Shown: positions 1-11,044 of the stretch, piece after piece | Layout of the letters: each line of letters begins with the position of its first letter | Numbering within the stretch: position 1 is the stretch's first letter | Assembly (NCBI RefSeq): GCF_009834535.1 | Contig: NC_045697.1 | Coordinates: forward strand, 46,812,001 to 46,876,000 | Source of the DNA: Camelus ferus | Lineage: Eukaryota | Direction of reading: 5' to 3' | Length of the DNA stretch: 64,000 bases | Made by a program: the position numbers and the translations under genes | The notes under the pieces: generated by a model | What the model saw: the letters and a program-made list of their open reading frames with translations, nothing else | What the model was told of the DNA's origin: nothing | The model's database searches: none

Positions 1-1209
1 GTTTTAAAAGACTATTTAATTTCCATCTAAGAACTTTATAACACCTTCAGAATTTCAAGAGTCAATTTAGAAACTTTAAATTCTAAACCTACTCACCTTA
101 CACTCACATGTGAAAAAAGCAACAACTTTCTCATAACAAAGATGAATCATGAGTGACACACACTGCATATAATTAAAATAATTACTGTTTGATTAATTTA
201 CTCATTCATAAAATTTTGTATTTGCCTGGCTTGGAGCTTAGTATACTCCAGTGATTAGGACAGGCTGACGTTTACATTATAGCATTTAAGGGTAAATGGA
301 CTATATTTTTCGTACATTTTGATGCTGAAACCTCATCTGTATAGCAGACTAATCCCATTTTACTTTTATTCACTTATGGTTCCATACATTATAAAAATTT
401 AGATACAGTAAGTTCATGAAGGTTAGAAAGAGCGTATCTTCAGAGGAGTCCTTCTTTGCATCTGTCATTTAACAACCTGAAGGTTTCACAGTGACCAATT
501 CATTTGGTCGAAGCTTAAGACAAAGGCAGCAAATCAGTCTAAAAGGGAAGATAAAATTAAACAAAACTTAATGCCTTGAGAGAAGTGTTGTCAAATTTAC
601 CCCTGCCTAAAAATCCTGGAGGGCTCTATCAAGACTTTTTTTTTTTTTTAATGAACAAGCCTTTAAAAAATTTATCAATTTAAAAAATATCTGTATAGAA
701 TGAGTTGTGTAATATTGATCTCATCTTTGTGGTTATTGGCTTCTCCTCAGTTACTACACTCTACCTGAGAAAGATTTTAAGTAGAACAGAGCTAACTAGA
801 GATTGTTTTAACACTGTATTTATATAGTTTGGTATATTACATATATAATTTGATGAATTCAAAAGCACTTAATATCTGCTATGAGAAACAAAAATAACTA
901 TAACCCTAGTAGGGGAAGAGAAATAATAAATAATAGTAAGAAAATTATTCTGTGGCAGTTATAAATCTGAGTGTCCAAATTCAGGAATAATTCAAATGTT
1001 TCTTTCTGTCACTGTAATTGAAGTTTATTTCTAAGATGAAGGAGATATTTACTTAACATCACTGTCCTTCTGGTGTGATATCTGCTCAGACATCTTCATT
1101 AGCCCCATCTAATCTTTGGTCCTCACTATTCCCTTCTGGGTCATTTCCAGTCAAAGTCCTCTTCAGGTCTGGGATGCCCACTGCCATGTTTGGGCCATGT
1201 TGGTAGCAA

Positions 1210-1590
1210 GAATATTAGTATGCATAGGCTAATTGTTCTAAAAATTAACCTCCAAATCTCAGTAACTTAATATAATAACAGCTAATTTCTCACATCAAAA
1301 TAGTAATAATCACTAATAGCACTATGAGAATTCTAGGTTATAGGTACTATTCTAAGTACTGTGTGTGAATTATCTCATTTAATCCTCTTAATATTCCTCT
1401 GAAGTAAGTACTGTTACTTCAAGATGAGGGCTGCATATCATTCAGATAATAAATGGGATGAAAACTCAGGTGGCAAGACTCCACCATGGCAGGGATTAAA
1501 TGAGACAATCTCTATAAATTGCTTAGAACAGTATCTCATACACAGTTAAATATTCTGTAAATTCTAGTTCTTTATATAATCTGTAGTAAT
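1210..1590. mobile_element. MLT1 end fragment plus two MIR fragments
   Basis: 'cctccaaatctcagtaacttaa' (MLT1); 'attatctcatttaatcctc' and 'gattaaatgagacaat' (MIR core in both orientations). Confidence 0.65.
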
Positions 1591-4500
1591 AATAACCATT
1601 CAGGCTCTTTTCTTTTCTTCTCCACAGTAATCAAATGATAGAATGTTGTGTATAAGCAGCAACAGTTTGCAATCTTGGAAGGGAGACGCATCTTAATGAT
1701 TAAAATAGCTTTCACTGACAAGCTGAATGTCAAAGCATTCAGCTGAATCAACGCTCATCAACAGCAAAGTTTCTAGGGAGCCATAGCAATGAAGACAGGT
1801 CAGTTCAAAACATGCTAGTTGAGGCAGGAATGCCATCAAATTGATGCTTATCTCTTGACAAGAAATATGTGGATGATTAATAACAAAGAGGAGAAAAATG
1901 CAAAATCTTAAAATCTTCCATTGAGCTGGCAGTATTGAGTTAACCAAGGTTACTTCAGTGACTCTCCCTTTCTGGTTTATTCTTTCTGTCGCTAAGCTGT
2001 CATCCTAACAAAAAGTTGTTAAATGTTCACATGAGCATTCACTGAAATAGACTGTTCCTAATTTTACCAGACAACTAATTATAACTGGAATGATATAATG
2101 AAATATGGAAGACAGTTAGAGACTGACAGGTCTGGTAAATTCCTAGTATAACCTTACCCCAGATATGCCAGAAACCATAGATTTCAAATGCAACTGCACT
2201 CTACAAAGATAAAGAGGGGGTTGAGAAGAGATAAAATATTGTTTTGAAATACTAATCAGATAGATACCATTTTATTTAATTATTTATAATCTCTAACAAT
2301 GTCACTTTTCAGTCAGTGTATGATACACAATTAGGATGACTGAAATACCAACTTTGTCAGAGGTAATGGATAAAAGCAGAGGCTTTTCCTAAATTTTGTG
2401 CTCTCTCCGTGCTAAGGAGCTTTACGGTAGCAGAGATAAGGAAGAAAGGCTAATAAAAATTCTGTGAATGGCAATGGTTCAAAGAGCTTTTCTGGAAACA
2501 TTTTGCAATGCTATTTCTATAGACTAATATCCTCAGAACATCACAGGGATTTTTTTTTAAAGGATAGTCATAAAATTCTGTTTTGTTTTCATAAAATCAT
2601 GTTATCAATTAACATACTCCTCAGGCTGCCATTGCCTATTTTTAAAAAATCCTTGTAATGTAAAAATTTGAACTTAAGCTAATAAATTAAGGGCTATAAT
2701 CATATTTTATCTTTATGAAAAATTTCTATACCCTTAAACAGCAAACTATCCTAGGACATTTATTACAATGTTATTTGACTTTTTAAAATTTAATGTCTTA
2801 AAACGTATCAAGCAATATTTACTGAGAAAACTAAAAGAACTATAGAATGTTCGTTTTTTATTTAACTTCTTTTGTGTGCCTCTCTTAAAAGTATTTGAAA
2901 CAAATTGAAAAAGGTAATGATGATAGTCTTTCTGACCTATTCTCCCATATCTTATTGCTCTTTCATTATGGCAAATATACTTTTAAAAAAAAATAAGATT
3001 TTTTATTCTATGCCTCTGACTGCCCTGCAGCCTGATTTACTGTTCTTATTCTGGAAATGAGCTTTTCTGTAATTACGATTTTATACAAAAATGCTTTTTA
3101 ACTGCTCTGTGCATAATAGTCAACCTTTGTCTTATTATTTTTGTGTGCATTTGATAGATGGGAAAAGGTAATACATCTCTATAGTTAGTAAGATTCTGTT
3201 GTTGTTTTGTTTTGTTGTGTTTGTAGTTACTCAGTAATGGGCAGCAATACTCCACTAGCTTTTCTTTAACTTCTATAGTCCACTCACATATCACAGAAAC
3301 CTTTCTACCTTATTAAGGGTAGGGTCCTTGTCTCATTTGTTTCCTTAACTCCTGGCACATTATTCATTCATGGTAGATACTCAGTAAATATTCATTGAAT
3401 AAAGAAAAGAAGGAAGGACCTGCCCAAATTATCAATGCAGAATTTAAAAACAGAAAATGTACCTAAGGTACTACTTCCTATTACCTAATGTAATTAGGAC
3501 ACTTTTAAGTTATGAATAGAGACATAATGGATATTTGGGTTTCATCTCTAGGTCTACTGGAAAGAAAATATGACTTACAGAATTGGACACGTTGCATCTA
3601 GCTTATCAAGAGCTAAAAGGCGTTTCATTTCTTTAGAACTGAAATAAATTTCTTTTTGAGTGGAGCAGGATGGGACAGAATTTGAAGATGACAAGAAAAG
3701 TAACAAGGTTTCTTTAGGTTTAAAATAGGATCTCTGGGGTAGATCTTGGCATTCCCTTGTCCTCCCTCCTCCCCTTTCTCTTGGCAGAAATGGCTTTTAG
3801 GTGTCAGGAAAAGTTCCTGTGTTCTCATGGCAAAGAGGGGAGAAAGCCCAGACCGGTGTGTGGATCTCTGTGCTGCCAGCTGGGTTCTCACTGGCTTCTG
3901 TGGAGATACATCTAATCTAGACTAAGCGCCTTGTTAATCTGCTGCCAGAGTCTGTCATGGTTAAACCAGTATTTTATTTTTTCAGAGTGGTCAGAGCCCG
4001 GAGCCCTCTTTGCTCACTTGCTCTCTTCTCACTTCTCACAGCACTGCAGGTCCTCGTGTCTCGGCCATGCCTGCCCTCTGAGCCCTGGCTTAGCCTGTGT
4101 CTGCTCTGCGGCATCTGCTCTGGGGTCATCTCACAGTGACGCCAGTGGCTTCTCACTCTCAACTCTCAGCCTTCCACATACCCTACAGGGATCATGAAGG
4201 AATGCGTGGACAGAAGCCCGTGCTGCACAAGAGCCAAGGAGGTTTGAGGCCTGCCATCACAGAACCTTCCTTGGCCTGCTCACATGATGCCGCCCTTTTA
4301 TTCTGTTTGTAGTAGTTCTGTGTTGGGTGTGGTTGTCTTGCAAGGTTGTTTCTTCCTAGAATGCTGAGCAGGGAACAGGGCAAATTCCTGACGCTCTTCT
4401 GCTTTTGGGTTTTGCCATTATTTATCCGAGTTTTCATCCTGGAGGGGGAAGGCAGGATCATCAAGTAAGACCTCATGCCCCCTCCCTCCTCCTCCTTTGC

Positions 4501-4739
4501 CTTTTCTGGTAGACATATTCGATTTTCTCTTCCTTCCTCTGGGAACCCGTCTCTGTCATGTCCTCCCCATTCTTGAGGAGGTTGTCTCCTTCTCCTTCCC
4601 GGTGGGGGAAGTGGTGAGGAAGGGCTTCTGCTATGCAATCAGAACTTGGAGATTTTAAGAAAAGGACAACCAGTAATTAAATTGGAATATCTATCAGCTT
4701 GTTTGTGTCAATCTGGTTTTTTTTGTTAGTGACATAACT

Positions 4740-4940
4740 GGCCATTTATTGAGAACCTGTAATTTTCAGGCATGATGCTAGGGCCTTTATTAACAATATA
4801 TTGAACTCTCTCAGCAGCCCTAGGAGGTGGGTATTACTATCCCTGTTTTGTAAATGGGGGACCTGAAGCTCAAAGAAGCAAAGTAAATATCTAGGATCTA
4901 ATGCAAGTCTCTTTGAATTCAAAGCCAGACTTCCTTTTCC
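4740..4940 (-). mobile_element. MIR SINE
   Basis: 'catttattgagaacct...cagccctaggaggtgggtattactatccctgtttt...ctgaagctcaaaga'. Confidence 0.85.
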
Positions 4941-5944
4941 TTTTCTACTGCTACTTTTTGCATTTTATTTATAAAAGTGGGAAAATCATAGCAAAATAGG
5001 AGACTCTACTATTTTAAAATATTAAGATGTTAAGTGTTGACTTAATACATGGCAGCTGTATGTCATTTGTAAATATTTATATAACCCACCAGTATAATCC
5101 TGTTTACTATTTTTTCCCCAGTAAAAATAAGTGAAGACAAAGTGTTTTGACCACTTCTGACAAAGTGCAGTGAAAGTCACCAGACAAATCCAGAGTTATA
5201 ATTACTTAATGTTGTTTTTATATTCACTGAATGTGAATTACCATAGTATATGACATTTCTCATGTTTAAATTTTTATGAAAACTAGTGTATATGGTTTTA
5301 AGTCAAAGTCCTGACATTAACCATCTGATGACAAGAGATAAATCTGTTCTCTGTAATCATAATCAGCCCTGCTTAAGCTCTTCTTACAAATCTACTCTAA
5401 GAATACATTCTAAGAATGCCTCCCTAATAGTAAATGATTGCCTGAGGCAGACATAAAAGTTTTTTCCTACACAATAAGGATTTGCCGTTTCCTGTGCCAA
5501 TATAAACCTCTCATCTACCTTACCATCTTTCCTTTTTTCTTTTTAATTTTCTCTCCCAACTCTAAAACTATTTTATTCCTTCCCCTCAAGCATGTGTTTA
5601 TCTCTTTATTTTTAAATATTACAGCTTTCTAACATCTGTCTCTAGGGCAGCATAATCTTCCTGATGAAATATTCCATGTTTTCCTTGAGCCCTTGTCAAT
5701 ATGTCTTCGTGTTAACAGCTTAGCAGATGGAGAAACAGAAGGAGTAGCCTCAGCTTACCTGAATGATTGCTCTCCAGCACCAGGCACATTACTGTCTCTA
5801 GTTACTTGATGATAGGAATTGGAGTAATTGGAAATAAGAAATGATACCTGACTTTTGCAGTATTATTTACTAAACTGCTGGCTGCTTTTCCTTGTTACTG
5901 TTATATCCTTTTCCCTAGGCTCATATCAGGAGGAGGGAGAATTA

Positions 5945-6160
5945 TGGCAACCTACCTAGTTTGAACGGTGCCTTCTTAGATAAGTAAAATAAACAGTAAT
6001 ACTAATATTGCTTTGGGCATAAATTAGCATGTTCCCAAGTGGTTCCAGGGTAATAACGGTGATTTAGCAGCAGCAATAGTTTTCGGCAACACCGAAATTG
6101 TGGGAGCCCGTGATATTGCTTTATGTAATAGCATTGTTCTTTTTACATAGGGCAAATTCT
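5945..6160. other. Probable ancient conserved repeat element (MER121-like)
   Basis: Retains 5 CpGs in an AT-rich context, with an internal direct repeat and a small hairpin. Resemblance to the MER121 core is from memory only. Confidence 0.45.
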
Positions 6161-6616
6161 TCTTTTTTCTTTTTTAATTCAATAGACTGACTATTTTTTA
6201 CTCAAGTACAGTCCTAGAGAGGCCAAAGCAGGGCTTTGAAGCAAGGATATAGGATAGTTAATGGTGAATACCCTTGGACTAACTATACAAAATGACCCAC
6301 ACCCCTCCTTGACTTGTTGCTTTAAAGAAACTACCTGGGTGGGCTCAGGTCTGTCAGCAGATTGTTCAGAAAAATTAATCATCGAGATGCAAAGTTTTCT
6401 TTGGCTAATAGAAACTTGTGAATGAAGTCTGTGAGTTACCTAGTTAGAATCTATGTGATTTTCCCTTTGGAGATAAGAACAAGGGACAAGAGGTGACTGT
6501 CTAAATAAAAATACTGGAGTGTGTGGATGTGTGGGAGAAGTGGGGCGTAGGTGCTGGAAGTTAGTACAAAGCTGGGAAAATTTGGAAAGGATCAGGCCTC
6601 TGAAATAGCTGGAAAG

Positions 6617-6765
6617 AAGTTTTCTCAAAGTTTTATGTGCAGATGAACCATCTGGGGGATCATGTTAAAACGCAGATTTTGTTTCACTGGGACCTGAGTG
6701 TCTGCATTTTTAACTAATTCCTGGACAATGCTGATGTTGCTGGTCTAGGAACCACACTTTGACTA
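6617..6765. mobile_element. MER5A-like hAT-Charlie element
   Basis: 'tttctcaaag...gttaaaacgcagatt...ctgcatttttaac...gctgatgttgctggtctaggaaccacactttga'. Confidence 0.85.
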
Positions 6766-7311
6766 GTTATGATCTTAAAGCTCATCTCCAAACCTGGAGC
6801 TGTCTAAAATACCTGTGACCAGCCTTTAGGTCAGTTTGGATTAGACCCTAAATAATTCAGAACCCCATTCTTAAATACACACAGAAATCCTGTTTTTTTT
6901 TTTGGAATTCTGTCATACAAAGTTGATGGCCTAGTAATTTAAATAAAAATTCCAAATATGTTTAATCAAAATGTATAAAACAAAAAAAATTATATGTACA
7001 TGAGATGTCTTGATAATAATTGACATTATATCCACTATATTAGAATGCTTTGATATGTTAATATTTCCTCATCTTTAACTACCAAACGAGTGAACAGTAT
7101 ATGAGATTTTTGAACTGTCACTCAATTTGTTGTGTTCATTGGTCCATAGATTACCCTAGACACTAAGAATTTTTCTCATGCTGAACATTTGACACAGAAT
7201 TTGAAATGAAAACTTTTTAAAACAATTGTAGCATCAGATCTTTATGTGGGTTGAAGTGGTGTAAGAAACCATTTCAGGAGGAATTTTCCATCTGGGGATT
7301 AGAATTCTAGC

Positions 7312-7478
7312 CCAGGTTTTCTCAAAATATAGTTCATGGACCTACTGCATCAAAATCACCCAGGGTGCTGTGTTAAAGATGCAGTTTCTTTGACTCTAGC
7401 TCAGATATACAAAACAAGCCTGTATTTTTAACAAGCCTCCAGATGATTGTTTTATATACTGCCATCTGAAAATTACTG
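7312..7478. mobile_element. MER5-like hAT-Charlie element
   Basis: 'ttctcaaaat...ctgcatcaaaatcacc...gttaaagatgcag...tgtatttttaacaagcctccagatgatt...gaaaattactg'. Confidence 0.8.
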
Positions 7479-8299
7479 ACTAGTAAGGTGTTGAATTCCT
7501 CATAAAGGTAATTTGAAGGGCACTTTTCCCGTGGTGATGCTCTCCAGATTTAAATTAATTTGTCCTAAGAAGCATTGTTTTTGGTCATTACTTGACCACC
7601 CATCCTTTCCCCAGTCCTCCCACATCAATACCCCTCCTCTCCTTTTCCCTATCTTATCCTTCTGTTTCTCTGACTTCTAGTCAAGCAGACAATAGCTACA
7701 ATTTGGCCAGTAGTGGTGTGTAACTTGAAGAGTGAGAACACTCACAAATCCCACTTAAGTTTTCTTAATTGGTTTCCAGAACACAAAGCTCAAAAACTGC
7801 AATGTCCAGTTCAGAATCACACCAGGCAAGTCTGGAGTCACATGCCCTTGTACTGATGCGTCTTTAGCTCCTCGAATTCCATTGTCATCTGGGCGTCTGA
7901 ACTAGAACTTCTCATTAACTGTACTTGGCTGAAAACCACTGAAACAGACCGAGTGACTTATCACAGCCCTTATGCTTTTTCCTAGACATGAATGCCTCTT
8001 TGAAATCTTAAAAGACACAGATCATTTCCTTGAGGCACACTTGAAGGGTTATTTAAACACCTTGTTTCCTTATATGGACGTAGGAATTAAATTTTGTGAA
8101 GTTCTGGGGGGGGGGAATGTCCTTTCTTTATAAATCATACATATATTGCTTTCTGAACAATGATTAAGATAGATTTTGCACTTCTGGAGTAAGGTCATCA
8201 CCTCAATGCATATTATAAAAGCTTACTTTGAGAACATAGCCCTTAGCAAGTTGAGCAGTTTTTCACAGGCGGTGGCTTCATAGAGTAAGAAATCACAGA

Positions 8300-8470
8300 G
8301 CTCAGAGCCCAAAGGCTTAAATTTTAGTCCTAGTTTGGCTTATTACTACCTGGATGTCTTTTGGCATGTCAATCTTCTCATATACAAAATAGAGGAGAAA
8401 AACTTTCATGCCCCTGGGGTTATTGTGTAATGAAGCAGTGTAGGAAAAACTGCATTGTAATTTGTAAGAG
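8300..8470 (+). mobile_element. MIR SINE
   Basis: 'tagtcctagtttggcttattactacctggatgtcttttggcatgtc...ctcatatacaaaatagagga'. Confidence 0.65.
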
Positions 8471-9129
8471 GACTGGGAAATGTTATTGCTAACATTTTTA
8501 CTTTCAGAGCTTTTTTTACCCCCAAATTCAAACTGGTGCAAAATATAACAGTGATCATTTTATTTTTCCTCTCTAGTCATCCAGAAAAAAATCAGCTTTT
8601 TGTCAATGGGGAATGTGTGCATGTGTGTGAATATTTTAAGGGATGTAGAAGGGAGTGAGTTCATGTAAACGTAGCAAATCAACTCTCTCTGTATTCATTT
8701 AAAAAGAAAAAAGTTCTAATAAAAGTTGTTTATCTCTTGTTCTCTATGACCTAAGAATTCATATGTAATAAGATTATGTGAATCAAACTGTACTTGTTTT
8801 CCCATTTGCATGAGTTTGAGTAAAAGAGATTCACCAAAAAAAAAAAAAAAAAAAAAATTGACCAAAGTTTTCACATACTGAAAAACTTTAGTATATGGTA
8901 GTACATTAGAGCAAACATCTGGCTAGTTTTCCATCCCTAGAGCCCTAAAGCAGTGGTAAGTCCTACAGTCCTACTTTTATTACTGAAAGCAAGTACAAAA
9001 GTTAAAGTTTAAAATAACAGATGTTATAAAGAATTTTGAAAAATTATGGACTCTGTCATATAAAGAGTCTTCTAGGAAACAAATATTTCTAATTGTTCCT
9101 TTGGTATCCAAGACATTTTTGTGTCTTGA

Positions 9130-9695
9130 TGTTACTGGAGAGTAGGTTCTTGTCTCCTCACTGATAGAATTCAGAGACAAGACACAGAGGTCAAGAAAGT
9201 AAAGTGAGTACATATTAAGTGATAGGACACTCTCAAGGGGAATTTCTTTGCCATGCAGGTTATATGGGGTGTAAAAATGAATGGGTGGAATATTTATTGG
9301 GGAAGGAGGGGTTTTGGATCATATTCCATGATTTTTATCCCAGATCCACTTTTCCTAAGGACAGGAGAGATCTTTGTCTTCATTTAGTCTTGATCGGAAG
9401 TGTCATGGCGTCATTGCATGATGGGAATTTATAATCTGCAAGGCTAATTTTATTGTAATTTTGCATAATAAGCAAAAGTTTACATGTGGACACTAGAGAT
9501 TCTTGCATTTTTCCACCTTTCTTTGCCTCCAGGACACTTATCTCTCCAAAATGTGTGGTCTCTTATTAGTCTGGAGATTCCTGCTTTTCTCTGTCTGCCC
9601 ATGGACCCCCATTATTCACAAGATATGTAGTTCCCTGCCATTTGGCCTGTGTCCCCCTTTCTCTGCTCATATCTAGCTATCTGCCTGCTCTGACA
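9130..9695 (-). mobile_element. ERV1-class solo LTR, MER41-like
   Basis: TG...CA termini (plus strand TGTTAC...TGACA; minus start TGTCAGAG, as in MER41). Near-4-bp TSD ttga/ttgg. Internal 'ggttcttg...agaattcag...agtaaagtga' and 'gtgtcatggcg' match my recall of the MER41 consensus. Confidence 0.75.
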
Positions 9696-10956
9696 TTGGT
9701 AAGTAAGTGTACCCTACTTAGTAAGATTCCCAGTGAGTGTGAGATACGCCTTTCTTTATGAAGTGGCAGAAAGGTTAATGTGAAGGAAAGTTGAGAAAGA
9801 AGAACCAACACCACAGAAGGGCTCTTAGGCAGATTAGTCTAGGAAGATGTACATATGGAATTTGAGAATACAGATTTTTGAGTCCCTTAAAATTACTCAT
9901 GCTTGTGTATCCCTTGTAAAGTACTGCTAAGTATGAGAAGCAACGATCCATGATGTATTTTCCATCACTTCATACCTGTTCTTTAATTTTATTCTCTCCC
10001 TTATGACTGGGGAATTGGAGGAGGGTTAGATTAGTTCATATCAAGTAAATATCTAAGGCTGAAGTTTCACAGCTTACGTGTGCCTAATTGATTATCATCT
10101 TTGTCTCAACTGTTTTAAGTTAATGAGTTAAGCTCATAGATTCTAGGTTATACCTAGAGTTATACTCTGAAGCACCTGCTTTGAAATATTTAAATAATTG
10201 CATATACCTTCTTTATAAGGATGGCAACCATATCAAAATGAAACCCTTCATATTCATGAAATAACCTGAAATAGTTATTTGTCAGCTGATGATAGAAATC
10301 CAGAATCAGAGTTAGAAAATCAGTTTAGGATGACAGTGCCTAATAATGGAGGAAACTGTCAGCTGTTGGAAAGCCAAAGATTGTTTATGAAATTTGTCTT
10401 AGGTCCTCTCTTATCCTTGTCCAGAGAAAATATAGATCATTTTTTGGTTACTGATTAGAATTTTACTTCTGTAGTGAAAAGAAGTAGTTCCAGAATAATC
10501 GGACACTGCAAATAAAGAAAGAAGCCTGTATTTATAGCTTAAAATTACGTACACCAGTACAATTCTTATTGGAAAACATTTTGGTCAGTTACGTTAAAAA
10601 ACAAGTTCCTGTCCTTGATCAGGAGAAAACATAGTAGTGGCTTATCATAGAATGTAAAGGTTTTAGAATACTCTGTAATTCATGGCTTATCCCTGAGAAT
10701 TCAAGCTTTGTAAATTATAAACCTTTTCCAAGACATGGTACACACTGTCTTATGTTAGACAGGGCTCAGCTAAGCCAAGGGCATAAATTTATTTTCACTT
10801 TTTCACCCTGAATTCTTCTTTCATCATTGATACTGGTATTCTATTTTGCTTTTCTGGCTTAAGTTGTATACTCCTCACCTAGATTAGAAATCCTTCAGAA
10901 TAACCTACATTCATATCACTTTTTCAATTCCTTTTCCCCTTCTGTCTCTACTTCCC

Positions 10957-11044
10957 ATAGATAGATAGATAGATAGATAAGATAGATAGATAGATAGGCA
11001 GACAGACCGATCAGTCGATCAACAGATCAATTGATAGGTTGATC
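10957..11044 (+). repeat. (GATA)n microsatellite decaying into GACA/GATC variants
   Basis: Read directly from the sequence. Confidence 0.95.

Noticed and set aside
97..162. 66-nt minus-strand exon-like unit with AAG|GTGAGT donor (CVSLMIHLCYEKVVAFFTCECK)
   Set aside because: The acceptor has a poor pyrimidine tract and the peptide is unrecognised; likely a pseudo-exon.
4192..4638. 148-aa minus-strand ORF
   Set aside because: Low-complexity reading of a pyrimidine/purine tract; no recognisable domain or splice support.
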